DNA of 44,007 bases, taken from positions 1 to 44,007 of the forward strand of contig JAHLWZ010000321.1 in assembly GCA_020536535.1 (NCBI GenBank), given 5' to 3'. How positions within the stretch are numbered: position 1 is the stretch's first letter; each line of letters begins with the position of its first letter. The notes under the pieces were generated by a model. The model had not been told where the DNA came from and did not search any database. It saw only the letters and a program-made list of their open reading frames with translations. Position numbers and translations under genes: made by a program. The stretch is from Pelomyxa schiedti (lineage: Eukaryota; Protista; Evosea). Below, one piece after another: positions 23,267 through 36,500 of the stretch.

Positions 23267-24332
23267 TCAGGGTGTTTCTGGCTTTTCTTCAAAGTGGGGA
23301 GTTGTCTTTGTTGTGCCCAGTGGTATAACACGACGTACTTCCCATGGTGTATCCTCTGTTGTTGTTGATTAGGTTGTTGGGGGGAATATGAGAGAACGGA
23401 AAATTACCGGCAACTCTTGTGTTAATATAAATCTCTTGAACCATAAATTCCATTGGCACCCAAGCGTCTTGGTATTTTTTGGCTAGTGCCTCGGCTTCTG
23501 CTTTTTCCCTGGATAGTGTTAGATTTGGGGAAAGGAAATAGAACATTCTGATATCACACTTGAAATAACCAATGCCGATGTGAGGCTCAAAAGGAGTTCC
23601 ATGCCAATCGGGGAACGCCTCTGAGCATATCTTGAAAAGCACATCAAGTTGGCCGGGTGGATCAGTGATGGGGTCCTGTTTCTGAAATTAGGCTAAATGG
23701 ACATTCTGGGGGAAGCCAACCAGGAACATGGTGCTGGAACCCTTATTGTTGAACAGTTTTATCTCATCTATTTTAACCTTGAACGGCTGTATCCTCGACA
23801 TGTGTGCCCGGAGAATATCGGCTGCTGGGCCAACTCTCCCATAAGGTACAAACGGAGCCAGCAACGTAACGTGAGGATATGGTGGCCGTTTAATCTTTGG
23901 GTTCATGTGGTTCTTCTTAATATCCACTATTGTTCAAAGAAGCAAATGGGGTTAAAAAAAAAAAAAATACATAGCAAAAGAGGTAAACATTATTACTAAT
24001 TTTAGGTGTAACATAGAAAGGCTAATTGTAATTCAAATTTTAAAATTAAATTAAAATTAGGGCAATTGGGGGTAATGTAATTTACCAATTGGCTTCCACA
24101 GAGCCGGGGGAGGCATAACGACGAGCGTGCTCGCCGCCGAGAAGTCGTTGAACGCTCCCATCGGCGTAGGGGGCACCGGCGCCGAGGCAAGCGCCGCCTC
24201 CATCGTCGCCGCGTCCTCGGGTGTAGCCGCCGACGCAACGAGGCGGTCCCGTATGTCCGCGAAGTGGGTCTCCCCAAGTTGGGTGCGCAGGGAAACCAGG
24301 AACCGCACACGACTGTTGGCCACTGCGCTCAT
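23267..24332 (-). CDS. 2H phosphoesterase / 2'-5' RNA ligase-like protein
   Basis: TLVVMPP..W, PHVTLLAPF, IQPFKVKI, FEPHIGIG, EFMVQEIYI: paired H-x-[T/S]-like motifs of the LigT/2H fold. Confidence 0.8.
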
Positions 24333-25148
24333 CCCCACCGATGAAGAAATATTTCTCTTTTTGTTTTCTTCTGAACGGAAAACCCTGGAGGGGAACACCA
24401 GGCGGAATTCATCAATTCGGAAATATGAACAAATATCTTATCCCACTACGAACTACATAGTGATTAGTGCTGCTGGGTGGTAAGTCGGAAATTTGCACGT
24501 GCAGGGCATCCAGTTTTTCTATCAACTTGGCAGTTCGGAGTTTTAGCTGTATTTTCTGCAAGGTCTCATTTGGTCATCAAGGGTAGACCGCATCAGATTC
24601 GTCATTGAAGTAAGGATCAGATACTGCAGAAGTTCAATCATCAGTATCACAGTGGCTTCTGGCGAACTGTGATCGTCACTGCCTGTTGATCCTTGGTCCT
24701 CCCTGCTGATCTTTGTTCCTCATTACCTGCCGAACCTGCGTCTTCGCCCTATGATGTATTTGTGTCCTTGCCACTACTGTCCACAGGCACTTTTGACTGT
24801 TGTTATTGCCTTTTTCATTGCAGGGGTTTTTTTGGGTCTCTCCACACTTGAACTCAGTTTTCCTTGGCCTTTTCTTTGGAGAACACTTCGTTGGTGCATG
24901 GATCGGCAGGTGTCGATGTGACCACATTTCGCTGTAATGGAAGTCGAAGTGGCAAGGGGCGGTCGGCTACGCCACCCACGACAGGGGACGAGGACTCTGT
25001 TGTGGGCGGGGTGACTCGACGTCGACGCTTGGGAGAGGCGACGGGGATCGGTGGTGATCTCTGGGCCTACAATGCAGTGCACCGTACACGCACGATCGAA
25101 GCGTTGAGCCGTTGATGGCCTTACGAGATCAGTTTTTGATTACAGACG

Positions 25149-26839
25149 ATGGACAAGGGCGGTGACGCCCCAAAGGGGGACCGGGAGGAGGCCGAGGAGG
25201 AAGAGGAGGAACGAGTGGTCGACGTGGGGGCGTGGTACTCGGACGACGGCAGGAGCCTGGACCTCACCCACGTGCGCGTCCTCGCGATCCCCAGCGACCC
25301 CCCGCTTCTGGCCTCCCTCGTCGACGTCGACCTCACCCACGCGGGGCTGCGCGGCCAGCCCGCCAACTTGTCCCACCTCCGCGACCTGCGGACCCTGGTG
25401 CTCCGCGCCAACGCCGTCGGCCCCGACCTCGGCTTCGTGGCCAGGGAGTGGCCAATTGCCCCAATTGGTCCCGGTGGTGTTGGTGACGGCGGGGCCCAGA
25501 GCCAGAGCCAGAGCCAGAGGCAGCAATTGGTGCAGTTGGAGCGGCTGGATCTGTATGAGAACGCAGTGGAGAGGGTTGGGCCTGGGGATCTGGTATCTGT
25601 TGCTGGGAGCCTCAGGGTGCTGGACCTGNNNNNNNNNNNNNNNNNNNNNNNNNNNNNNNNNNNNNNNNNNNNNNNNNNNNNNNNNNNNNNNNNNNNNNNN
25701 NNNNNNNNNNNNNNNNNNNNNNNNNNNNCCAGAGCCAGAGGCAGCAATTGGTGCAGTTGGAGCGGCTGGATCTGTATGAGAACGCAGTGGAGAGGGTTGG
25801 GCCTGGGGATCTGGTATCTGTTGCTGGGAGCCTCAGGGTGCTGGACCTGAGCTTCAATTTGATGAGGGAGATTGGCGTGGGGCTCGAGGCGCTCACGAAT
25901 TTGACTGAGCTGTATTTCGTGCAGAATAAGCTTCGCAGAATCTCTGGACTGTCAACACTGGTCAATTTGCAGGTTCAACCTCTCAGTCTACTTGATCCCA
26001 AAAGTTCGAATATATTATCTAGTGCCTATAAATTATAGTGCATTTCAAGTAATCCTGCATATTGGCTTTTACTTGAACTAAGTAAATGCATTGATACTAT
26101 GTGAAAACTCACTATTATGGAGAACGCTATTCTCGTACTAATACTACTTCCTCCTTTATAACAATGTTATCAAAAGATTTTAGAACTTGGCTCCAATAGA
26201 ATCAGAAAAATTGAGGGATTGGAACACTGTACTTCCTTGCGCAGCTTGTGGCTTGGCCGAAATAAAATCCGCAAGCTAGAGAACCTTGGGACACTGACCC
26301 AACTCCGGCAACTTGGACTCCAGAGCAACCGGCTCACTAACATCGAAGGCCTGGAGTCCCTCTCTAATCTGGAAGAACTCTACATCTCACACAACGGAAT
26401 CACCCAGATAACAAACCTCCAAACCCTCACTAACCTCAACACACTGGACATTGCCGGAAACAATATCAACACTCTAGAGGGCCTTGATAACTTATCTTCC
26501 CTTGAGGAGCTATGGTGCAATGACAACCCCATACAGTCACTGCATGAATCGCTACGCAGGCTCAGGTCACACAACACAAAGCTTGCAACGGTGTACCTGG
26601 AAAGAAGCCCCGCTCAACTTCAGGGTGGTCCTCAGTATAGGAACATAGTCTACAGCTACTTACCTTGGTTGACTCAAATAGACGCCTTGCCTGTTGTTCC
26701 TTCACAAATGTCAAAACTGTTGTTAGAGTCTCTTCAGCAGTATGAAGCCAGTTTAGTTACCACTACAACAACAACAGAGACAAGTACAAGAAGTGGTGTT
26801 ACAAATGAACCACAACCTGTTGAACAGAATAAATCCTAA
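25149..26839 (+). CDS. SDS22: Protein phosphatase 1 regulatory subunit 7 (SDS22)-like LRR protein
   Basis: LERLDLYEN, LRVLDLSFN, LTELYFVQNKL, LELGSNRIRKIEGL, LWLGRNKI, LGLQSNRL, LEELYISHNGI, LEELWCNDN, LRRcap VYLERSP..YRNIV..LPWLTQIDA. Confidence 0.88.
25629..25728. other. Assembly gap flanked by ~120-bp overlap duplicate (artefact)
   Basis: Sequence after the Ns repeats ~25509-25628. Confidence 0.9.
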
Positions 26840-26852
26840 TTCTGTATTTCTT

Positions 26853-29126
26853 TTATACAAACAAAATCTTGTTGCTATGACTGTGACAAACCTTAGAACA
26901 TAACAAGATACGAACAGTAAAAAATGTACCTTTTTAGATGAAGGGGTTTTCGGCAGTGGTTTTGCAGTTTTAATAAACGTTTCCCACTTGACTGTTTTAA
27001 GGCGTGGAATGGCTTTTACATGTGAATAAAGTTCCTCCCAAGTGAGAGTAACAACTGGTGTTGCAGTCACTCCCTTTGTAAGGAGTGCAATACATTGGGC
27101 AAATTCAGCCTGCAATGGGGTTATTAGAATTGTATTTTAAAAACTTGAGCTGTGGGTGAAAATGGTGGAGATAGTGAAGAAGCTATGTTGGGTTTTTTTT
27201 GCTTCGTTTAGAAACCTGCAGGAGAGCTTGTCGCATGGATCTTATCCAAGCAATCATTACTCTCATGAAGAATTGCTCACCTGCACAGAAATACAAATCC
27301 CATATGCGGACCACACAGTCAAGAGGTAGTACTTTGCTCATCAAAGTCAAAACACAGTCAATAACAAATATATCGACAGTTATCCCGAGAGAAGAAAAGT
27401 GACTGTGAACCTGTAAATTTTTGAGCATGGTTGGATTTAGAATGAGGGATTTACTGCTGGAAGATAAGCTCGCAGCATCATATCAAAAGCACTGAGGTAA
27501 TTCTCCAGTCCAATTCCACCGCTACCCCCGCCACTACTACCACTGCCAGAAAAGGAGCGGTGAAGCCTGGAGTTGAATATATTCGCCAAGCACATGAAGC
27601 ACGCATGCTCCTTATCAATGTTTAAGAGAAGGACAGCACAAACATGAGACATCCCGGGTATGTACCTATCAAGCTGTAAGCAAGTTTACAAAAGCGGAGG
27701 AAATCTCACCCTATATCTGGTCGATATGCAACATAAGCTTGAACAAGTGATTTTAGAGGTTCATAAAATGGACATCCGACCTGAAGCGTTTCAATTAAGT
27801 CAAGAAATCCAAAGAAATGGAGTTAGCACCTTGAATAAATTCAAGTAGGGAAATGTTGCTTCAATGTCTGTTTCTATCAGGCGTTGTGACTCTGCGCGAC
27901 CCAATGAATGTTTGATGATAATACTGTACTGGTGTTGCATAACTTGATACAACTCAGCAGATATCACTTGAAAAAAGTATTAGAAATTGTTGACAACTAA
28001 TGGAATGGAGTGGCTCACTCAAATCATTGGATACAAGTTTTTCCCACACAGCTCCTCTTACACTCGGTGGCACGCAAACTTCCAAAAGTGCTTTCAGTAC
28101 TTTGTCTTTGTGAGGATTTGCAGGCCATGGCTTGGAAAGTATCCCTTTCCAAGTAGGAAGAGCCGATACTATGAGAGCTTCTCTCTATATAATTATTACC
28201 AGATAAAACAACAGGCAAGGAACCTTTTGTTTCTGCAGTCTGGCCTCAGCACTCTTTTTTTCCATGATTTGCTTAGACAAAGCATTCGCACCAGAGGGCG
28301 ATGCTCCCGAGGCCGGGTGTACTAAAGCCGGAAGGGTAGGTGTACTGCTTGGAGTGATTCTCGGTGCAGTGCCAACGCTTCCAGAGCTGCTATTGCCGCC
28401 TTCACTTACACCTCCACTGCTTCCAACACTGCCACCCATATTTAGCAATACACTGCTGGAACTATGCCTGCGGTGATGGTCCAGCTGCGTAGACGAAGTG
28501 GAGCTGCCAGTGCTGTCAGATGAACACCAAGAAACAGCATCATCACTTCCACTCAGGCCTCCTTCACTCCCCCCGCTCCCAAGAGCATTACTGGGGGGCA
28601 AATAAGTGTTCAATGAACCAGAAGCAGCGGAAGATGACGGCGACGCTACTGTAGTAGTTCCAGTATTACTATGCTGATGTTGTGTGTTTGTGTGAACATA
28701 AACAGGTGCATGGCCGTGTCCCGGAGGAGCAACTGCATGCGCAGCACTAGAATTAGAATTAGAAGAGGCATTTGTAGTAGTAGCCGCAGTGGTGGAGGAA
28801 TCTTGTGGAGACATAGACAATGGCGGAGTTGGTGGCGGTGACGTCACAGTTGCATTCGCAGAACCCCCGCCACTACCACCACTCCCCTGCGTTGTTGTCA
28901 ACGATGACGTGGCTGATGTTGCTGATGATGCCGAGGCCGAAGCAGATGAAGATGATGAGGACGACGATGGTGATGATGGGGGGTGGTTGGACGATCCGCC
29001 CAGGGACAGGTGCAACGAGAACGGCCACTTGTTGCTGGTCTTGGTGCCGATCGGCGGAGACGTGGTTTGTTGGGGGCCCGACGCGGTCGGGTGTGGAGGT
29101 GCCGGCGCAGTTGCGGCTGACGTCAT
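26853..29126 (-). CDS. TBC (Rab-GAP) domain protein, TBC1D12/14-like, long Ser/Thr-rich N-terminus
   Basis: VPPSVRGAVW, IETDIEATFPYL, AYVAYRPDIGYIPGMS, CFMCLANIFN, LPLDCVVRIWDLYF; last exon uncertain. Confidence 0.85.
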
Positions 29127-29707
29127 TGAGAACTGACAACTGCACCACTTCCCTGCCTTGCTGCTAGCGACGTGCGCCGAAAAAAAAATCGTACGAAGCG
29201 CAGCGTATGATTGCAAAAAATGAACAGATGTTTGTTCAGTTTTAATCAAATCACGAGATCTTACTGCGCGGAGGTATCTGTCGAGACAGCGGGAAGAATC
29301 TTCGGCAGGAGGGAAGTGGGCACTTGTGAATGCGATCATTGTACTCGAGATCTTCACCTGGGCAGTGAGACACACACTTCCGGGAAGGACTCATTTTTTT
29401 TGTCCTTTGGTTGACGACAATTGCAACTTTTCGACCTATTTTTGTTGTGCATCGGCGCTGACAACGACGTGCCGTGGTAACACCCCCACACCCCCTCGTA
29501 CTCACCCCACACACCCATAATTTCTTCCCGTGCGTAGGCGGCGACGCGTCGCCGCTGTGGCAAACCAACTTGGCACTGACCTCCCTTGCTTGCCAAAAAA
29601 AAAAAAAAGGCCCTCTGAGGAACGCTTTGACTCGTTGTTTTTTATAGCTCCCCTTTGTCTTTACTTGTATTCTACACGATTTTTCCCATAATCGACGATC
29701 GTCGTGA
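29127..29707. promoter_or_regulatory. Putative bidirectional promoter between divergent TBC and SAPS genes
   Basis: 580-bp head-to-head spacer, CpG-rich, with perfect palindromes at 29538-29555 and 29693-29704. Confidence 0.45.
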
Positions 29708-32700
29708 ATGGCGTGGAGGGAGCACCTTTTCAAATCACCTGTCGATTTGTTGGTGGAAAAGAGTTCAACAACATTAATTGACTTGTTGGACGAACCTGAT
29801 TTGCTTCAAGAATGCAAATATCCCAGTCAGAACCTAATTGACTTGTGTGTCTCTTTTTTTCTTTTTTTTTTTCCACCCATCAATTCATTTTGGTGACATT
29901 GCTCTACAATAAGTCTCACCCGACCAGAGCACTTACAAGCTTTATGCTTCTACATATCACAACCACAACCACAAACAGATGACAACACGGCCGTCAAGTA
30001 TCAGTTTCAAACTCTGGGGAACCTCTAACTTTATGTGAAGGTATCCTTACATAGCCTGTGAGATTCTATGTTCAGAGGTGGGACCCATCATTGACGCGCT
30101 GTTCAGACAACAGGAAAACACTAACTGTCCTGTGGAAAATGGGGAAAACAGTGGAAACGACCCTGTTTCTTCCTCATCAGGGGTCATGTCCCCCTTGGAT
30201 GCTGTATTCTCCTACGTAAGTGCAGAACCTCCCTTGCCTCTCGAACAGGCCAATTACTGTGCCCGAGTCTGCCAGACACTTCTGGCCAAGCGGACAACAG
30301 AGGTATGATCGTTTGTAATCTGCTATGGTTAACATGTGCACAGACCTTAGACTTTCTCAAAACAAAACGAGATTTTGTTCCCAATGTTGTTCGAAATCTC
30401 AGTCATCCAGCCACACTGGAGTTCCTTATCAAAATCATCAGACTTGAAGAGAGTCCGGAATCTTGTGGCGCAGTTCAGGTAGAACTTATATTGAAACCAA
30501 TTTTCCAATGCCTATCCAGTGGCTGTGTGATTGCTCCTTGGTTGACAATATTGTGTCACTTTTCCACCCCCAACAACCACTCGAGGTATCTACTTTTTTT
30601 CCCCTTCATAGAACTCAAACATTTGTAGGTCTTTGAGATTGCGTCACAAGCACTCACTGACATCATTGTCGCAGCTTCAAATGCCTCCTCACCATCTTTG
30701 ATAATTTATCAGGTATGGAATTAGAGCTTTAATCTGGTTGTTTATGAAAACCAGCTACAAACTGATGATGTTGCTGCTAAATACTTTGAGTACTTGATGT
30801 GCGAGCAGGTATGTCTCTTTCTTTTTGGAAAAAAATTCATTTCTATAAGGCTCCATCCGCAAGTTTAACCTATGGGTTGCCTCCAATGACACTTCTATTT
30901 ACTCTGCTGTCAGCAACTTCTTTGGAAACAACAACACCATTAAATGACCTTCCAGGTCTGTTTCATACGGTAATTGGATATTTCCCAAGGTTACAATACC
31001 TCCTCATTGGATCACACTAACCAGAAATAGGTTCAGCGAACTTTTACGAAAAGATATATTTCCCCCAGTAACTTCGAATACCACAAGTTCCGATTGCCCA
31101 CAGGTACTTTCTGAGACTTTTCCAAATACTGAGCAAATCTTAGGATCCTAATTCTACCACTCAACCTCCTGAGACTTCCTCAACCACTGAGATTTCAGAA
31201 GCATCCACATCGTCAGTATCTGCTGCATCTGCTTCATCGGCGTCTGTGTCCTCAGCCTCAGCCTCAGCCTCAGCCTCAGCCTCAGCAGAGCAAGAACAAG
31301 CATCCTCTGTAGCTCCTCCACTCGGCTTAAGCAAACTCAAGATCTGTGAATTCATTTGTGCATTCTTCAAAACCAACTTTTCTTGTGTCATGGATACTTT
31401 CATTCAGTCACCTATCATTCCTACAATACTCGTAAAACCGTCAGTTACATAACTCCTTCTAACTTGAGGCAGGACCTATTCTTTAAATACCCCTGGCATT
31501 CTCTGCTTCACTTTGTCATTGATGATTTGTTGGCTGGGCTTTTTGTTGCTCAACATGCTGCTCTGTTAACGCATGTATGTTATGTTAATGTAAAGGAATA
31601 AATCAAAACACACCTAGATTTTCTCGGAAACAAGCTTCCTGAGAAATATTGTGCAAGCAGAAAATGAAAGTTTCGTTGAACAGTACTTTTCTCACGCTAC
31701 TGCGCGATTTTCCTAAAAGAAATAAGACAAACAACGGGGTTTTCCAGAGGCTATGTGGGAACTCTTTCGAAGATTTCTGCCGCGATAAATCATCTAGTCG
31801 AACCTGAATATTGCGAAATTGCATCCACAATTTCTCAAATTCTTGCAGGTATTGTTATTTCGAATTCTTCGGAAACCAACACTCAAAAGACACTCCCGGG
31901 TGGCCTGAATACACACAGGGTATTCTTGCACAACGACTGGCGAGAGAAAGTGGCCTATTGGGTGGAAAGCGACCTGTTCCTCTCCCACGTGCGTTTTCCT
32001 CCTCACTGTTTCGGAAAACTCATAAATAATCAACAGCCAACCGTATTGACGAAAACGGAGCAGTAATACCACTACCCCCCGAAAGTAACAATAACGACAC
32101 AGGCTCACCAAATATGACCTCACCTAATCCCTATGACACCAATGATGGCCAGTATGCCATACCTATTTCTTTTCCTTAACTAACAATTCCCCAGATTTGA
32201 TGATTCACCCGTTGACTCCCTACTTCTTCATATTCCCTCTAACACTTGCCCAGGCTGAGTTTGTTAGTTTCGATCAAATTATTTTTGATCAGCAGCGGGA
32301 AGATCTAAATCACGATCCAGACCAATCCAATGATATTTGTGATGAATTCCAACCACACTTTATGCCAAATAGGCATGAGCTATATCAACTTCCACCAGAT
32401 TCAACCGAAGGTGAATCTGAGGTTCCTGTTGTTGTTGGTGGGAGGCTTGAGCTTCCAGCTCCTGTGGAAATCTCCACAAACCTAACGCTAGATCCGAGCT
32501 TCTTGGACGGTGGATTCCAAGATGTATGCGCCGCTTCAATTGCTGTAGTTTGATAATATCTAGGTCCCGTTACATGAAAATGAGCACAATGAAGCTCCAC
32601 TGCAATCTGTACCATCCACTACAACCCCAATCACCACAAGTGAACCACAAAATAATGAAGCCGACACCAAGCCGGAAGAACCCAAGACCGAAGAAAGCAA

Positions 32701-33193
32701 ACCTGAGATTCCGCCTGTATCTGTATCCAATACTGCCACTGTACCCGTGGAGGAGAAATCCTCCACCTCGGTAATCCCTACTCCCCCACTTCAAACCATA
32801 GAATCCACTCACTCCCCACAGAACAACAGTGACAGCAACAACAGTCCCACCGACAACAGCAACAACAGTAACAACAACAGCACACAAAGTGACAAAACCT
32901 CTCCCAGCAAACGAGCACCAACACCCTTCCCACAAGCCGATTCGCCGCAACCACAACCCGTTCCCAACCCGGACCTACTCAAACTAGCCACAGATACCAC
33001 AACAGCACCCACAACACCAACAACCACAACAACACCACTCACAACATCCACACCAGCAGTAACACCCACACCCACACCCACAACCACAGAGCCACCATCA
33101 CCACCCTCACCACAAATAACACCGGAACCGGAACCAGAACCCAAACCTATCTCCACAGATACTACAACCGAATCCCAGGGTTCTAACAGCTAG
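29708..33193 (+). CDS. SAPS-domain PP6/SIT4 phosphatase regulatory subunit (multi-exon)
   Basis: TLIDLLDEPDLLQECK, YPYIACEIL, LGLSKLKICEF, DLFFKYPWHSLLH, GYVGTLSKIS; acidic and P/T-rich tail; (TCAGCC)n microsatellite near 31250. Confidence 0.88.
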
Positions 33194-33419
33194 GCTAGCT
33201 TCTTATACCATACAAACCATACCGTACCGTAACTCCCACCATTACTTCGCCATCATGGTACCGTGATGTAGTTTTCTTTATGTTGTGTGATGTTCATCTT
33301 TTGGCAAGAAGAAGAAAAGGTTTTGTTTAAAACTTGTTATTTTTTCCCCCTTCGCTTATCATCAAACAAAATTGTGTGCGAAGGAACGCAAAATGAGACC
33401 TAACGTACTCTTTTTTTTT

Positions 33420-33519
33420 NNNNNNNNNNNNNNNNNNNNNNNNNNNNNNNNNNNNNNNNNNNNNNNNNNNNNNNNNNNNNNNNNNNNNNNNNNNNNNNNN
33501 NNNNNNNNNNNNNNNNNNN
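33420..33519. other. Assembly gap (100 N)
   Basis: N run; may hide a first exon of the next gene. Confidence 1.
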
Positions 33520-33582
33520 TTTCCTTTGACTACAGAAATTCACCACGACTGGACTCGGGTGGAGAAAAAAAAGCGCTGGAAA

Positions 33583-36500
33583 ATGGACCCAAGCAATCAC
33601 AGCATCAGCCGTAACAATACCTGCACAAATGGTATCACGAAGCACTGTATCACATCTGGCGATAATGTCGCACGCAATCACACCCAAAGCAATCAGGGTG
33701 CCGGTGGCTACAACAACGAGCAGCAGAGTGACGGGGATAATGAAGCTGAAAACGTGACTTTGGTTGATGGAGGCGAGGATGCTGTTACTTCCGGGGATGA
33801 TTATCTGTCATACGACTCGAGAAACGGCGCGAGGACCACGTCTCCAACTTACCAAACAAATATGAGTAATTCCATGTACAATCTCGCACCGCCAATGCAT
33901 CGTGCCCCTCTACCACAACAGACAGATCCATACGGTGGGATGTACGTGAACAGCATGCAGCCTCCATCACATCCCCCTCACGTTTTCCATACCCAACAGC
34001 AGTCATTTCAACAGCAATCTCCCCCTCCCGTGACTCAAAGGATATCCAACTATGTCAGTGATATAATTGATCTGCTGTGTGAGGTTACATGTGAAAACCA
34101 AATTATGCATCTGACCTTTACTAGTTCCCAAAAGAGGGAGTGCGATTGGAAGACGTTGCTGCCCTGTTCGCAGCAAAGTACAGGAGAAGAATGTATCCAC
34201 ACAGGTAGAAATAATTAATAGTCCCGCTTGAGCATTGTATTAAGAGATGTAGGGCTGGGCAACTGGTGAAGACCCACCCGGATCTGTTCCACACCACTGT
34301 TGCCGCAACGCCCACGTTTTATGGTGTACCTGAGACCAAACTGGTACTTTACAACTGGGCTCCTTCTGATATCCCTGGTAAGAAGATGCTACCTATGCTA
34401 CAGCTAATCTTCTTCGCCAGACGCTTCAGTTCCGTACCGTGCTCAGTACTACAGGTACTCAGCACTCATTCGAGTTTCAACTCACTATCTCTATGTAGCA
34501 GTACACTGCAGCATGACATTGGTGCTGCTTTGCTGGAGTTTCTCAAGCAAAGGACTGAGGGCGTACCCCTTTATCAACTTCACGAAGAATTTTGCCTTGG
34601 TGAGTACATCTGTGCATACGAGTTGTTAACATAACGCAGCTACCGGCAACGTTTTGCCTACTGCGCGCCTCAGAATCAAAGGTGTTGTAGCCAAGCTAAG
34701 AGATATTCAGCTCGACCCATTGGACAAACTGTTCAGGTAACTTTGCTGAGACACCCTAATTCTAACTCGTTTAGGTGCTGCTACAAACCGAGATCCAATG
34801 GCATTTCAACTACCTACCACACTAGTGGGAGCAATTCGAGCCCTTTACCACCAACCAATATCAATACAAGCAATAATTCTCTAAGCTGCGCCACAAACGG
34901 AAGTACACCGGCAAAAAGTGCTCCTATTCCTATCCCCACCCACCAGGTATTGCCTCAACAGTCCAGTTATGCCCTTCCTAGCCAATTCGCTCCTTCACCG
35001 GCCGTTCGTAATGTCCCGTTTAATTCTGGTGCCACGTCATCCACGCTCACTTGCTCTTCTCCTGGTGAGGGTCAATACATCTACCAAACTAGTGCTGCAG
35101 AATACCTCCCAATAGTGAGGGATCCCAAAATTTTAGCCAACATACGGTATGAATTCTTGCATATTCAGTGGGGCCTCTGAAATATGTACAGGTCGCTGTT
35201 GGAGGCTGCTGGGGGAGAGCTTGCTCTATGTGGTACCTTTCTTCCCTCTTTGGCGTGACATATCAATATTTTCCAGATTTGAGACTTGCGTACAAACAGC
35301 GTTATTCAAATCAAGATCTCAATCTTCCTTGTCCTATTATCAGATATCTTGAAGTGAGTTTTAAATCCTTAACAATCCCTAATATACAATCAGGAGGATC
35401 CCTATATTGGCATTGTGATGCGGAATAATTCTCATGCTGTTGCGTATTTGAGGTAGAGACTATTCACTTGCCTTCTTGTGCACTTATTATGCACAGATCT
35501 TATACCGAAGTGCAGCAATTCATCGCCAACAGCGAAGCCTCAAAGGGCACAGAGTCCGCTAGTTCCAACCAGCCAGATGGCACAGCCGGAGCTTCAACTG
35601 TAAAGCCATCAGTTTCCTATGCCAGTGTATGCAAGGGTACTTCCCCTGACAGCGGACAACGTGTAACGTCCCAAGAGGTCTGACCCTTTTCCTGCCAATT
35701 TTGTTCATCATTGACATAGATACCACAGTACCTGTGTTATGTCTGCAATAAAACTCTTCGTGATCCTGTTACCTTTGCTGGTTGTTACCACACAATATGC
35801 CAAAAATGTGCCTTCAGTCAGTTCTTGACAAATGTAATTACTGTAAAACTTCTCGTGAACTAATTCCTCTAGGAGCAACCATACATCTTATGTGGGCTTG
35901 GATGTGGTATTTATCATATGTCCTCGGCCTTCTCTTTGACCCCTTATAGGTTGTTCAATGACAAGGTCACAGGCGTCACAAATCAATGTCGCTTTGCAAC
36001 AGCAACTAAAACAACATGCACCATCAACTCAAGAAGCTCCGCCTTCAGCTGCACCTTCAGTTCCACCTTCAGAGTCCGCCGATATGTGTAGTTCTCCAGG
36101 CTGCAAGTTTGCATATCGTTATTCACTCATTCTTCTTAACTTGCCCGTGCAGACAAGTCGGCGTTGTTTTGTGCAGTGGATGCAATTGCCTGTGGTGTTC
36201 ACATCACAACTCGGTTATACACAGGTAATTAAATCCCAGTTGATGTAACTCACCCTTGGTACAGTCTGCTTCCATCGAACGTTCTCGTGAACCATCATAG
36301 GACAACTCCTGCTCCCCCTCAAACTCCCACCCCCAGTCTCCCTAGTGTGCAGCAATCTGCCACTTGTACCATTCATACTTCCGAGAAACGCACTTTCTGT
36401 TGCACAACATGCCCAGATTTACCCCTGATTTGCAGGTGAAAATTTGAGTAATGAATTCCTGATGTCCAACCAAATTGTAGCCATTGCTTACTTATAGGAG

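Noticed and set aside
24400-25130. Additional gene between the 2H gene and SDS22
   Set aside because: Only short, stop-interrupted frames with no recognisable motif; possibly a decayed ORF or promoter.
25509-25848. Tandem duplication of an LRR in SDS22
   Set aside because: Exact copies flank a 100-N gap, the signature of unmerged contig overlap (same at 39428-39768).
25149-33193. Functional cluster of phosphatase regulators (SDS22 and SAPS)
   Set aside because: They regulate different phosphatases and there is no evidence of co-regulation; proximity is probably coincidental.
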